A DNA stretch of 64,000 bases from the NCBI GenBank assembly GCA_002256025.1, contig NKIB01012388.1, forward strand, positions 1 to 64,000, written 5' to 3'. This DNA comes from Asterionella formosa. Taxonomy: Eukaryota. Made by a program: the position numbers and the translations under genes. This document shows positions 21,763 through 33,725 of the stretch, one piece after another (within the stretch, counting starts at the first letter, position 1; every line of letters starts with the position of its first letter). Under the pieces are notes generated by a model. The model made no database searches, was not told where the DNA came from, and saw only the letters and a program-made list of their open reading frames with translations.

Positions 21763-23472
21763 CTACAATACAATGTCGTCTTCACCAATATATATCTCTT
21801 CGTCCGGATTCACAGTCCAATCGACGAAGATTTCTTCTTCGGTGAAATCAGGCGTTGGCACAGGCGGGCTGGGATAAATGCCTCGTTTCAGAAAGTACTG
21901 GGTAAGCTGCTGCGGGATTTCCCGGAGAGTTTCATCAGCGAGCTTCGTAACGTTACCCGCAAATTTACGAAGGGGGACAAATTGAATAATATCGCGAGAT
22001 ACGGGTTGACCTTTACTATTTTTCAAGACGCCGTCATCTCCATCCAAAAGCTCCATCGCAGAAAAATTGGCTTGCCCGATACCACAGATAATGATAGACA
22101 ACGGCGCGGTTTCAGCAATTTGAAAAACCATATCGACAGTTTGTGCGAAGTCAGTGATAACCCCATCGGTCAAAATCACTAACACTGAATAACACTGCTT
22201 ATGAGATGCATTCTGTAAGGAGCATTTCAAAGCTTGCCTGAGCATGGGTTCGAAGTTAGTAGGTCCACTCAGTCCAAAGCCAGGGATTTCAAATGTCTCG
22301 TTGTAAGCCTCCACCAAGCCCGTTACACCATTAACTTCCTCGTTTTTCCCCATACGGAAGCATTCTTTACAAGCTGGTCCGATTCTTGCCCCGAATCCAA
22401 ACATGGGGAAAGATTTGTCTGAATCGTACTCTTGTAAGATGGTTCCAATCTTAGAAATTGCACTTTGATATGCGTTTTGGGTCCCAGGAGCTCGGTAGTG
22501 TAGAGACTTGGGATTCTGGGGGTCCCCGTTGGAAGCAGTAAAGTCAATGGCCAACATGAGAGATATTTCGCATCCACCGGTCACGTACTCAAGCATTGTC
22601 GCTGTTTTAATGACTTCTGCCTTCGTGCATGTAAGCGTGCCGCAAGGAGTGACCTTGCCTTTCTTGCGCTTCGACTCTTTCATCACCTGCCAAGAAACAG
22701 GGAACTTGACCATTTCCTCTACTGATGTTTCAATAAATCCCATATCATCGTGTGATCCGCTCCTATTCCAGTCCAATAATTGAATCTGAAGGCGTCGCCT
22801 TTTGTCGCTATTGCAAAGTTGTGCAAGTGAAACCCTGTCGATTTGCCAAACTGGGTTCAGGTCATTCATAATAACTTTTGACTTATGCACAGTGCTCCAA
22901 GTCTCATTGTCTGGATTAATTCGCTTGAAGACATAAAAAGGGTCTGATTTGCCAAATAAGCCATCCATGTTCTTCAGACCCTTCCCAGTAAGTTGGAAAT
23001 CTAGAAACTCGCTATTATCTTTCTTGGCTTCCTCGCCTTGCAGAATGATAAAAGCCTTCCCTTTTCCAAGAGGCTGGACAAGTGAATTACCCCTGGATCC
23101 CATGAGTTGTCCCAATGTGCAATAAATACCCCCCAAATAGTCGTGTCGCTTCAGGTCTCGGTTGTTTTGCTCGTCTTCGTCGTAAACGCGTAGACAGAAC
23201 CATTGCTCCCGTTCGAAATAGAAATTGACCAGTAGTGGAGTCACAAACTCAGGGTTTGGTAAATTGTACAGGGTCTCAGTCCGACCAATCTCTGTCTCGT
23301 AAACGATTGAAGGAAGACGAGGTGGTATCTTCTTGTTTTCGGGTCGCTCTGTGCACGAAGTCAAGACAACAAAAGGGTCACTTTGTGAGAATTTGTCTTT
23401 CTTTGGTAAATTTCTACATTTCACGTGGATTTCCACCGTTATTGGAGGGAGACTCTTCCCAGAACTACTCAT
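21763..23472 (-). CDS. CPNE: Copine (two C2 domains plus vWA domain), Ca2+/phospholipid-binding
   Basis: ATG at 23472. Motifs KDKFSQSDPF, KNMDGLFGKSDPFY, NDLNPVW, AIDFTASNGDP, SGPTNF, ILTDGVITD, PLSIIICGIG, RDIIQFVP. Confidence 0.96.
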   Translation of the reverse strand: MSSSGKSLPPITVEIHVKCRNLPKKDKFSQSDPFVVLTSCTERPENKKIPPRLPSIVYETEIGRTETLYNLPNPEFVTPLLVNFYFEREQWFCLRVYDEDEQNNRDLKRHDYLGGIYCTLGQLMGSRGNSLVQPLGKGKAFIILQGEEAKKDNSEFLDFQLTGKGLKNMDGLFGKSDPFYVFKRINPDNETWSTVHKSKVIMNDLNPVWQIDRVSLAQLCNSDKRRRLQIQLLDWNRSGSHDDMGFIETSVEEMVKFPVSWQVMKESKRKKGKVTPCGTLTCTKAEVIKTATMLEYVTGGCEISLMLAIDFTASNGDPQNPKSLHYRAPGTQNAYQSAISKIGTILQEYDSDKSFPMFGFGARIGPACKECFRMGKNEEVNGVTGLVEAYNETFEIPGFGLSGPTNFEPMLRQALKCSLQNASHKQCYSVLVILTDGVITDFAQTVDMVFQIAETAPLSIIICGIGQANFSAMELLDGDDGVLKNSKGQPVSRDIIQFVPLRKFAGNVTKLADETLREIPQQLTQYFLKRGIYPSPPVPTPDFTEEEIFVDWTVNPDEEIYIGEDDIVL

Positions 23473-23599
23473 GTTCCTAACAAAGAGCGTAACGTGCAAG
23501 GGAAGCTACGAGGCTGTAATTCTTTGTAGAATGCCTTGGCTGTCGTTTCTATCACATGGCATGAGAATAGTATGATGTCTGAATGCATACACCAACATT

Positions 23600-23990
23600 T
23601 TCTGGTACCCGGTACCAGGTAAAGTCCACCGGTACATATGATACCGGTATACTTAGTTTGAACCTACCTTTATTATTGTTAGGTAGCTGCTATACGTCGC
23701 GAAAGAGTGAAGCGACGTACGATCGGTACCGGTATGCACAACCATAAATGTGAAATACTGGTGCACTACGTACAGTAGGGTACCAGGTAGTCCTCCGGCC
23801 CAGCAGAGGACAAATCATTTCACGCCGGCCGTTGTCCTGGACGATTGTCCGGCTGCCGTCCGGTACCAGGCACTGGATTCATCGAAATTCAAATTTTGTG
23901 GTATGCCAACCGCCAGTGGTAAAAGCTTGCGATGAGGAAAACATGTATGTAGGTGTAGGTACCCGGTGACATTCTGGTACACCTGATGGG
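23600..23990. promoter_or_regulatory. Divergent promoter region of copine and NCAPG2, rich in GGTACC/ACCGGT palindromes
   Basis: Head-to-head starts at 23472 and 24088, with many tggtacccggtaccaggta, cggtaccggta and gggtaccaggta motifs between them. Confidence 0.55.
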
Positions 23991-24087
23991 AACAACGACG
24001 ATGGAACAATAATTTTGATGTAAAGAATCCACGAAACGACCACGACACCAAGACCTGCCAGACCAGAAACCAATCAAGGGGGATTCA

Positions 24088-27000
24088 ATGTCGGAGAGCA
24101 TGACTAACGAGAATGACTGCCGTTCTGCCCTTTTTGGAGCGGTTGAGGGAGCTAATCCTTCGCCGGGTAAACTTTCCGATCTCTTTTTCCGAGGCATAGA
24201 AGTATCGGAAGGTGTTCGCTTGACTTCTCGAGAACAACGAGAAGTCCTGCTCGTGAGTATTGCCAATTTCCACAAAGGCTTCGCGAGGCGTTTTTTTGCA
24301 GGAATGAAAGCTGTTTTGGAAAAGATAGTAGCGGACGAAACGTTTGTTCCAGAATCAGCTTTCAGTGAAGGTGACGACGACGAGATCATTATGGAATTAG
24401 ACGCCAACTCTATCGAATCTCTTAATTTCCTCAAAGCGTCAAGTCTTGCTGTCAAAGCATACCTGGCCGCTATGGTCGAGCGACGACCTGAAACCGACTC
24501 GGCTTCAAAAGCTTATAACGTTATTGATGAGGTTTTCGCCTGCGCTGACGCACTTCACAGTACGCTCTTTTCCCTTCAAGGCTGCGGCGAAGAGGGATTG
24601 AAGGTCCAGGAAATTATCACCGATCTTTGCGAGTTTTGGTGGAATCATCGTTTCGTGGATCGTGAATGCATGGTAATACAACTTTTGCCGTTGCTTCTTG
24701 CGAAGTCCTTGGACGAAAGCGCACGTAAGGACGATATCAAACGCCTATTCCAACTCCGAGGAGGCCTTTCTGTATTAGACTGGAAGGACGATTCCTCCCA
24801 TGACATGCGAGAGTTGCTTTTACGAACTGTGTCGAGTCCATTGTACCTTAAAACCAATGAAGGGAAGAAATTGATATGCAGTCTCTTTTCTCTGGATGAA
24901 TCATTGGTGACCGATTTGCATAAAGCCATTCGTGTACAAATACCAGGCACTAAAAAGGCTATCCTCCAGGTCTATGGAGAAGTATACTTTGGGGCTTGGA
25001 GGGAATCAGAAAATTTTCCTGTTGTTCGAAAGGCTATCGAAGACATCGTCATCCAAGATTTGATGTACGCTATCATCCATGTTGCAAACCCTGTTATGGT
25101 TAAGAATTTGCAAACTATTCTTGAAAAGTTTCATGAAAACAAAAAAGATCCTGAAATTGAATCGCTCCTGCATCGCATGTATGGTCCCATACTTTGGAGG
25201 TCTCTGACTGCTGCTAACCCTAGAGTGCGCGTTAACGCCTCCATAGTGTTGGCCGAAACTTTTCCGCTTCAGGATGGTATTTCTCAAGCTGCTAAGGCCG
25301 TTCAAAAAGGTACTCGTGCTATGAAAAATCTCCTAGTCGACACTGATCCTCGAGTTCGAGTTGCTGCGGCAGAATCAACTGCTCAGATCTTGTCTACCTA
25401 TTGGAATGTTGTGCCGACGAACGAGATTCGAACTTTGTTGAATCATATTGTCGCCGAACATGCATCAGACAAATCTTCATCAGCTGTTAGAGCTGGTTCG
25501 CTCACTGCCATAACAATACTTCTTAGAGCAGAGGATTCTCATGCTGTACTTCGTCCCCTTCTTCCTATCCTTGGAAATCTCGTTCATGACAAGGTTGAAA
25601 GAGTGAGAATCGCTGCCGTACGTATGCTACTTACCATCAAAGCCATTCCTGGCATCAAGTATTACCATGTTGTTCCTGTCGACCATCTTCTCGCTCGACT
25701 GATTGATGAAGGAATCCCTCCAAGGAATCCAACGAATCCAGTTGCAGTGGGACTGACTCAACTTATGATGAACTCGTATTTCCCCCAAGGTGAAGGTGTT
25801 ACTGGAGCTGACCAAGTGAAAAGATCTCTATCATTTTTATCTAGTGATCCCAACGCTGCAATGATTTTTTACGCGAATCTAGCCTCGCAAGTGAGTGTTG
25901 GCTCCGTGTCAAAACTGGTTGCCTTGCTCTTACGTTGTCTTGTTGCTGCTGTAGAAACTGATAAGGAATTATCAAATCAGTGTCAATCATTCGGCAAGAA
26001 GCGGGGCCGACATTCCGAAGCACAAGATGAAAACAACAGAAAGATCGATGGAAGGCTCTCAGCTTCCGATACTGCTTTAATGGCATCTGTGGCTGATGCC
26101 ATCTGTTGCTTGTGGGAATCCATTGAAGTGTCACTTGAAGAGCCTGCTCATGAATCTTGTCGTGACTTCCTAGTTGAGGCGTTTTCTGGTGCTGTTCTCG
26201 GAAACGTAAACTCTCACTTCGATAAGAAGGCGGCGGCATTCAACGTATCCAATCGAAGCGATTCCATCGCTCTCAACAACTGTCACCGTACATGTGCGTC
26301 AATTTTACGTTGTGCTGGCCGGCTCTCACCAAAGAGCGTCGAAGGGCTAGCTTCACAGATAACCCTTAAGCTAGCGGCGATCGGCGAGGACAAGAGCAAG
26401 GGAAACGAAAACATTGCTCCTCATATCGCTCTACTCTGTATGTGGGGATTGACGGAGGATGTGTCGAAGTCTCTTGCATCGTCCATAGTGAAGGCCTTTG
26501 ACGACGATGATGAGTTGGCAACTCCTACTTTTGAAGAATTTTCCAATGTCTCGAATAAACGAAAAGCCGGGCCTGGTGGCAGGTTCCCAGAACGAGTTGT
26601 TCCCCCTTTGCCTCCCAGGGTGGCTATGTCCGTGCTGGAAGAAATTCTTCGCGGTTCTGATGCAAGCAGCATCGCTGCTCGTTGTGCTATTCTCGCCTCC
26701 GACGCGGCTTGTAACGCATTTGAGCGGGCGCTTGAGCGTGGGACTACTTCTGCTCAGCGGCTATTAAAGTTTGAGCCGATGTTTACCCAGCACATGAACC
26801 ATGAGAACGTGGAACTAATTCTCCGTGCCTGCGAAGCATATGGAAGATTTGCTCTGCACAAGGAAGCAACTCAAAATCGAAAACTTGAGTTCAGTCAACA
26901 GGCGAAAACGTTATTGGATTGGACAACAATTCGGGTTGCACCAGTATTACTTGAGGGTGCGCCAGGATTTGCAACACCTTTAAAGGACCTCGATATCTCC

Positions 27001-27918
27001 AGAATTTCAAGGGCGTCGGTGTCTCCAATGGCACCATTGTCTCCGTCGCTCATGCCTCCTCCGAGGCAGCGTGTTGACCGGAAGGAGACGCCCGACAAAT
27101 TTAAGTTGCGTAGCGAAACGTCCATGCACATTAAGATTGGAGAAAGTTTTGCCGCTGTTACTGGGGACCTTGCTCGTGGAGTAGGGAAGTCCTTGATGCA
27201 GTCGTCGTGTATCATTTTTTCTGAGTGGCTTGCTGTTGGAGGATCTGGAGCAGGTGACATATCAGCTGCCGCTACCAAGTGGTGTGATATTTTTACGGTT
27301 GAAAGTAACAGGGATGAGCTTCAGACCGAACTTTTGCCCTCGTTCCTACGTCTTGCCGTTCAACTTTGCAAGTCAAACGGAGATTTCTTTGTCCTTCGTA
27401 AGCTCCTTGAGTCGTGTGATGAAGCGATGGAGAATAACGAAGTATCGGTGATGAAAATGTCCATCCTTTCTTTGCTTTGTGGACGAGATGCCAACGGTGT
27501 TTCGTTGGTGAGACATACAGTCACAACCATTCTTGACGTGGCTGATGCATTGCATCAAAAATATGAACCCTTCTCCCACGCATTGGAAAAAGTACCAGTT
27601 GATATTACAGACGTTTGGGTGATCAAACATGGGTACATTGCAACCTGCCTTTCTTCTGTCATGTCAAATAAGCAAGGAGCTACGTTTCTTGCCAATGAGT
27701 TGGTCGATCGTTTAATGAAAAGTTGCAGCGAGACAAAACTCACAAGCAGGTTTGTCTTTGAAACTCGGTGTCTTTGGTTTATATGTGGCAATTCTATCTT
27801 TAAGAAAGCGTTATCTGATGTTCGGAAGCTGCTCGGCAACATTGATGCAGAGAACTTTGCCAAAGACGGGGATGTAAAGGCAGTTGTAGAAAATATGCTG
27901 GAGAGTGTTGCATATTGA
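24088..27918 (+). CDS. NCAPG2: Condensin-2 complex subunit G2 (HEAT-repeat protein)
   Basis: 1276-aa ORF with PILWRSLTAANPRVRVNA..LAETFPL, DPRVRVAA, DKSSSAVR, HDKVERVRIAAVRMLLTIK, VVPVDHLLARL and NSYFP, as in CAP-G2. Confidence 0.9.
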   Translation: MSESMTNENDCRSALFGAVEGANPSPGKLSDLFFRGIEVSEGVRLTSREQREVLLVSIANFHKGFARRFFAGMKAVLEKIVADETFVPESAFSEGDDDEIIMELDANSIESLNFLKASSLAVKAYLAAMVERRPETDSASKAYNVIDEVFACADALHSTLFSLQGCGEEGLKVQEIITDLCEFWWNHRFVDRECMVIQLLPLLLAKSLDESARKDDIKRLFQLRGGLSVLDWKDDSSHDMRELLLRTVSSPLYLKTNEGKKLICSLFSLDESLVTDLHKAIRVQIPGTKKAILQVYGEVYFGAWRESENFPVVRKAIEDIVIQDLMYAIIHVANPVMVKNLQTILEKFHENKKDPEIESLLHRMYGPILWRSLTAANPRVRVNASIVLAETFPLQDGISQAAKAVQKGTRAMKNLLVDTDPRVRVAAAESTAQILSTYWNVVPTNEIRTLLNHIVAEHASDKSSSAVRAGSLTAITILLRAEDSHAVLRPLLPILGNLVHDKVERVRIAAVRMLLTIKAIPGIKYYHVVPVDHLLARLIDEGIPPRNPTNPVAVGLTQLMMNSYFPQGEGVTGADQVKRSLSFLSSDPNAAMIFYANLASQVSVGSVSKLVALLLRCLVAAVETDKELSNQCQSFGKKRGRHSEAQDENNRKIDGRLSASDTALMASVADAICCLWESIEVSLEEPAHESCRDFLVEAFSGAVLGNVNSHFDKKAAAFNVSNRSDSIALNNCHRTCASILRCAGRLSPKSVEGLASQITLKLAAIGEDKSKGNENIAPHIALLCMWGLTEDVSKSLASSIVKAFDDDDELATPTFEEFSNVSNKRKAGPGGRFPERVVPPLPPRVAMSVLEEILRGSDASSIAARCAILASDAACNAFERALERGTTSAQRLLKFEPMFTQHMNHENVELILRACEAYGRFALHKEATQNRKLEFSQQAKTLLDWTTIRVAPVLLEGAPGFATPLKDLDISRISRASVSPMAPLSPSLMPPPRQRVDRKETPDKFKLRSETSMHIKIGESFAAVTGDLARGVGKSLMQSSCIIFSEWLAVGGSGAGDISAAATKWCDIFTVESNRDELQTELLPSFLRLAVQLCKSNGDFFVLRKLLESCDEAMENNEVSVMKMSILSLLCGRDANGVSLVRHTVTTILDVADALHQKYEPFSHALEKVPVDITDVWVIKHGYIATCLSSVMSNKQGATFLANELVDRLMKSCSETKLTSRFVFETRCLWFICGNSIFKKALSDVRKLLGNIDAENFAKDGDVKAVVENMLESVAY

Positions 27919-28532
27919 CTTTCAGCATTTTGTGCTCTTCCACATGGGACGGTGACAAAATCAAATATGTGCAACTACTGAATTAGCAGCATCGCAATTG
28001 AGCGTAGTGACCAATCACCACAAGGACTTCGTTCGGATTGATTGCCAATCGATCTTGGGAATTATGATGCCAAGCTTGCCACTCTAAGAATCGGCAGTTG
28101 CTTGCATGAAACATAGAAATGTTCTGTTCACTTCAGGCTGTGTTACAGGTGCGAGACCGCTACGGTACCGATAGTATAACCGTACTTTTATATGCTAGAA
28201 AACCAGGTCTCTTATATTAGTCACCAAATTTCTGGTAATATAGTGTTAAATTACCAACAATTTCTTCGACCTCCCAAATATTCGAGGGACTGAGATCAGC
28301 AAACTACGCCCTCCACCCTTGCAGCTTAAATGCCAAGCTAGAGAACGCAACATTAACGAATCTACGATAAGAATTGAAGTAATGGGCTCTAAGGATTGTC
28401 CCGTGAGCTCAACTACCTACCAGTAGTCAACATATCTTTCAGGCAATCACGTTATGTCCTTTCACCGTCTCTTCCTCAAAACTCCGTTGCTTTTGAGAGT
28501 GATTCATGCCGAGATCATGAATATCAAGGCAA

Positions 28533-30612
28533 TTAGGGAAGGCTTGAATCCTCGAGTGTCGAAAGAGGACGTGGCAACAATCGGATTGGTGATACTCGTA
28601 TGACTTCACTTTGCTTGTCGGTTTTATTTATGGCGCAAAGATAAGGTTGATCAAGAGAAAGTGGCGACATCTGATCGTCATCCACGAGCTCCATACTAAA
28701 CAGTTGCGGGCTCGGCGTCATTTGCGTTCGGGCCCATCGCCGAGCCCCGTTCACGACTGTTTTTTTGCGGTCGAACGGAACAGCTGATTGGTTATAACCC
28801 AACGGAATGGCATTCTCGTTCTCTTTGAAGGCGACAAATCGCTGCCCCTTGACTTCGCGAATCATAATCTCGGTTGATTCAGAAATTTCCAACTCACCCG
28901 AAGGGAACTTCTGACGAGGATAACGACTCGATCGATCTTTGGCAGATCCATACTTTTGCCTTCCCCGAACGAGTTGGTGAACAGAATCGAAAGGTTCGAA
29001 TTGATCGGTATCTCCAATTCTACCATCCAGCAGCACAGCATGTTGAGTCCTATTTGCCTTTAACAACTTTTCTCCAATTGGGGATTGTTGCTCCGGAACA
29101 GTGCAAAGAATTTTAGGCATGCGCAATGAGTTGGTCCAAGTTGATATTCGTTCGGTGACGTTCCCGACGGAATCCTCGAAAGAAGGGATTGCTCGAGATG
29201 GCGATTGTTGATGTGGCACAGAGCAACGACTTTCTGACGCGTCCAATGAGTTAGCAAAATGTGGTATTTCTTCCGTGGCGTTGAAAGCGAAATCCTCGAA
29301 GGAAGGCACTGATCGAATTGCAGGTTCGTGTTGTGGTGCAGTGCATAGAACGTCAGGCATATTTAATGTGCTGGTCCAGGATGATACTTGTTTGGTGACG
29401 TCAGCAGCGGACTTCTCGAAGGACTTCCAGTTTTGCGACATCAGGCTAAAAAGATCCGTCGATTCCCCAGTAGAAGGGCCTGGGAGTTGTTTCATTACCG
29501 CACTCTCATCATTGAGTAGGGACGATGAATACTTAGTTTCGCTAAACCCCACCGACACTCTCTTCTTCTTGCTGAAAAGGTCGAGCTCACTGTCGCTTCT
29601 AGAAAAAAATCTCACCTCGTTGGACGTTTCTTTGAACAATACACGCTTGCTGTAATCGGAAGAGTAGTAAAAAGCCTCTTTTCGGAGGACATCTTGAAAT
29701 TCCGATTGCAGCGATTTGCATAATTCCTGCTCATCGGCCCTGGCTGGCGAATCAGTCGATTGAGCAGGTGCATGATCGTTTTCACGAATGAGTTGGGAAA
29801 ATGGATGAGTAGATGAACCATTCGCGCTTCCGGAATCAGGGGTGATTTGTTCTTGATGCCAGTCAACGTCAGCGGGCACTGACATCGTGTCATTCTGCTC
29901 TGGAGAAGGAAAGTTCGTAATAGGACTGGTGTTGTCAACGCGAAAGGGATTCTCCCTCGTGTTGGGAAGTTGCGGAGAAGTTTCTGTGGAGTCGGACAGT
30001 GCCATCGAATTGGTGCAGTCGGGGTGCTGAAAGATTTCTTCCTCTACTTCCTGGGCACATCCGCTCTCTGTTTTATCTTCTTGCCATTCAAATGACTTGA
30101 CTCGACGTGCATATTTCTCAGGGAATTCGCTGAAGTCATCTGTCTTCTCGTAATTATACTTGAAGTTACCAGCGAATTTTCCAAACAAATCCGGCGGTGG
30201 GACAAAGGCTCGTAGAAATTCCTAATAGGCGGAGAAAAGTGACCAGTGTGAGTTGTCAAAAAATTCTGATGTACAACATGTTCAACAATGCCCATGTCCA
30301 CATGTAGTAACATGACTTGCTCCCATCGAAAGAATACATCCGCACCTGTTTGTTGTCCTTTTTTTCCTTACGGGGGGTTGGAAAGGCACCGTCCCGTCTT
30401 TCTCGTTGAAAAATGGACAGCAATGATCTGGCTCGGACCAGTTTGCCAATCCTAGTACCGGTATTCGTCTGCTTGAACGAGTCGGACGTCGTGTGAAAAC
30501 GCGGGATAAGTGATTTATTTGGCTTGTGAAAGGAGCATTCGGATGATTCATCGGACGGCGAATCGTTTGAATCTCCAGATAAGTTCAAGGAAGGGGGAGG
30601 AGAGAATGACAT
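28533..30612 (-). CDS. Uncharacterised ~651-aa two-exon protein (exons 30612-30346 and 30221-28533) with three ~40-aa internal repeats
   Basis: A phase-0 GT-AG intron at 30345-30222 joins ...KKDNKQ to EFLRAFVPPPDLFGKF in frame with the 551-aa ORF. Confidence 0.7.
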
Positions 30613-31759
30613 AGTGCTTCGGGTGCGATTCCGACGAGTGACAATCTGATGGTGGAAAAGTGTAAACTGTGGTGGAAATGCGAAGAGAATGCCCGGTTGA
30701 AGCGGAATAAAATGCAATCCGCCTGAGACAGCACGAAGGAAGAAAGCGTGCTTCTCCTTCCTGTGTATCGGTATGATTATGTCTGATGAGACGAATTATT
30801 GACGATGTGGGTTAACTTACTGGTAAGTATCTTCTCAATGCCTTCCATATTGTTATGTACCATTCCTGTGTTGGATGGCGTACTCTCTCGTCTTTGCTTG
30901 CCGTGCTCAAATTCCTAAAACAAATTAATAGCATATAAAATTCAATACATCTCGTCACCTCAAATTTGGAAACTAGCTCCTTTTTGAAGTTTTGAATTTT
31001 ATGTCGAGGCAGCAGCAGCCGCGTAAGTTACAATTGTATGTGTATAGTATTCATACTGGATTATACATATAAATATAAACCAGTACATAACTTCCCTTGA
31101 ACATGTTAATTCCAAAATACATACAGGTGTTCAAGGAAAAAAATGACACCAACACATGAAAAAAGTAACAATCACATGTACAAATCATACTACAAGTAAA
31201 CTCTCTAAATTTTTTTTTCCTCGGTTTATAATTTGTTATACTACATATGTGTGCAGGTTGCAGTGGGAGTAACTGAAGTACCTGGTACCAGGTACCAGAG
31301 TATCCTACCGCAGTACATACATAATTACCGGTAGACGAGTCTGCCTACCTTACACCCAGAATATTTAAAGAGGCGAGTAGGTTGCATGTTTGCCATTCTT
31401 GTTAGGATGGCTGAACGAAAATTTATGATACTCATATATGGATTAATTAAAAAATATATTTATCAATACATCTCTTGGTCATTTGCCTTTGAAACACACA
31501 TAAAACACCTCCCGGGATAAGGCTGACGGTACATTTACAAATCAATTTTTTAAATCAATTTTTTCATACCGTACATTTATAAAAAGTAAGGAGTAGAAAT
31601 ATTTTTCTAGACTATGATGGTTACGGTAGTATGTAGGTCACGTTTTACTACATATCGGTAAACGCCGGTAATTACAAGGTTGTGGCACTGCCCTTACAGC
31701 ACCCACAGTTCGAGGTCATATTCTTTCCATGCAATGCTGATATCTTGTGTAGCCATCAG

Positions 31760-32180
31760 ATCCCCCTTCATTAGTTCCTCTTGGAAGACCATCTTCATCA
31801 TTCTCACCATCCACTTCACGATTCATCTTCAACATTGTCCTCACTACTCAATTCTTTCCAGTCGTCAACTAGTTTCAAAATTCCTAATTTGCTTACTAGT
31901 ACTGTGTAGTTGAATTGGATTCTTCAGGATCAAAAATCTCTTCTTCAGGGTGCCAAAAAACCATTCCACATCCTTTCTTATAGATTCAAGATAGTCATTC
32001 AAAAGCCCTTCATTGGACTTGTCTTGCATGTAATGCTCCCAGACACTGTTATACATTCCAAATGCACCCTGGATTTGCAAGTTTGTAATTGCTGTATCAA
32101 ATCTTGCTATGGCCTTGTTATCGTCAAACCAAAGAAATGGACATTTTTCACAGTTAAAACATTTTTGAATATGAAACAAA
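31760..32180 (-). pseudogene. PIF/Harbinger-type DDE transposase fragment
   Basis: YLESIRKDVEWFFGTLKKRFLILKNPIQLH resembles the Harbinger C-terminal catalytic E motif (R.DVE..FG.LK.RF.IL). Confidence 0.7.
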
Positions 32181-33160
32181 GACTTGGAAGGCTAGAGATG
32201 GAGCTTTCTCCTTTCCCTTGTAGCAGGGAAGCAGTTCCAAATGGAATGAAGACAAACAATAGTCAATACAACCAGGAAATCCAAGAGTGCGATAGTGGTC
32301 ATGAATATGCTTTATGGAATCAACCAACTCAGGAAAAATTATCCATTGTTTCTATTTCAAGCTCATCCACTCAAAAAAATCCATGAAAGAAAGTCCGGTT
32401 TTTTCTCTGCTTATTTCAGTGAGTTTCTCAAAGTAATCAGAAGGTACACCCTTTGTTGCCAGAGCTTACTTCGTTGCTAAAACTAGGACGCAAAAATCAT
32501 TTAACTCTTGTCCCTTAATGTCACTTTGTTTCCTGGTATCAGCTTCACTGGACTAGTCCCTGCAGATGCAATCAAAAATCTCATTGGGGACCCAAAATCT
32601 GTTTCTGAAAACTGCACCAAGTCTTGAATCTGGGTTCCATTTGCTACCTGTACATGATCTGTCGACTCACTCATTGGCCTTGAAAATCATGTATTGGGTG
32701 TAGAAAAAGGAACCCTTTAAGCGGCATGGCCTTGGCTTGCTTACCCTCTTCTTTGGAATCACGCACATCATTGATCACCAATGCATTTTCTTTGTCGTCT
32801 GAGCTTTCCTCAGCAATCAAATCCAGCTCTTCATTGACAACAACATCATAGAGAGTATCTCACCATGTTTCGCCCTTTTCAGTGGAAACTTTCTGGGAGG
32901 ATGAGGAGGTCATGGAGGAGTGATCGATTTGATGTCTTTTGCAATCATTGGGAAGTATTTATATATAAATACTGGTTGTGACAGCACATGCTGGTGTGTG
33001 CATATACTTTTTGTCCTGCTGATGCAACAGACAGTCTAGTCCAATTCTGTTATTGATGTTTTTCTATCTAGTGTTTTTAGCTTTGAAATCATTGTCTCCG
33101 AATGTGACTGAAGTTTCCAAAGAATTCTTTGTATCCTGAAAATTGATGATTTTACCAAAC

Positions 33161-33281
33161 ATGACTGCAAATATTTTCAGTTTTGGAAATTCAAAACCCA
33201 GAAAACTTAAGTTGGCGGCATAGCTTGATGACTGAAAATATTTTTGATTTCGGAAATTCTAAACCCGAAAAACTAAAGTTT
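33161..33281. repeat. ~67-bp tandem duplication
   Basis: atgactg.aaatatttt...ggaaattc.aaaccc..aaaact.aagtt occurs twice. Confidence 0.75.
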
Positions 33282-33725
33282 CCAATGCAGTAACCAACCA
33301 TTCTGCCATTGTGGGAAAAAAGTTGTAGCGATGGTCACCACAGGAAATGTTAGCCACGAGTTAGTTTCTGGGGTTCTCCGTACTGGTAATCATAAGAATA
33401 CATGTCTACAGGTACGTACCAGGTACCTGGTACATACCTGTGCTTCAATGTTGCCCCGCCTGTGGATTATCGATAAAATCATTTTATCATGTACATGCAC
33501 CTGAATACACATTAATATATTCATAGCTATATAGCTATTGCCGGTAGGGCCTCGACCTGTACATATGTAGTAATCTATTCGTTGAAATTGTTCGGGTTTA
33601 ACTCTTTGCATCGACTAGAGTACAAGTAGACTACCAGGTACCCCTTTCCCCTTGCTATCAATTGCTGAAGTCTTCCCTTCCCTTTGAAACGGATACATAC
33701 CCGATCCCTCCTTCCATCTACTGAC

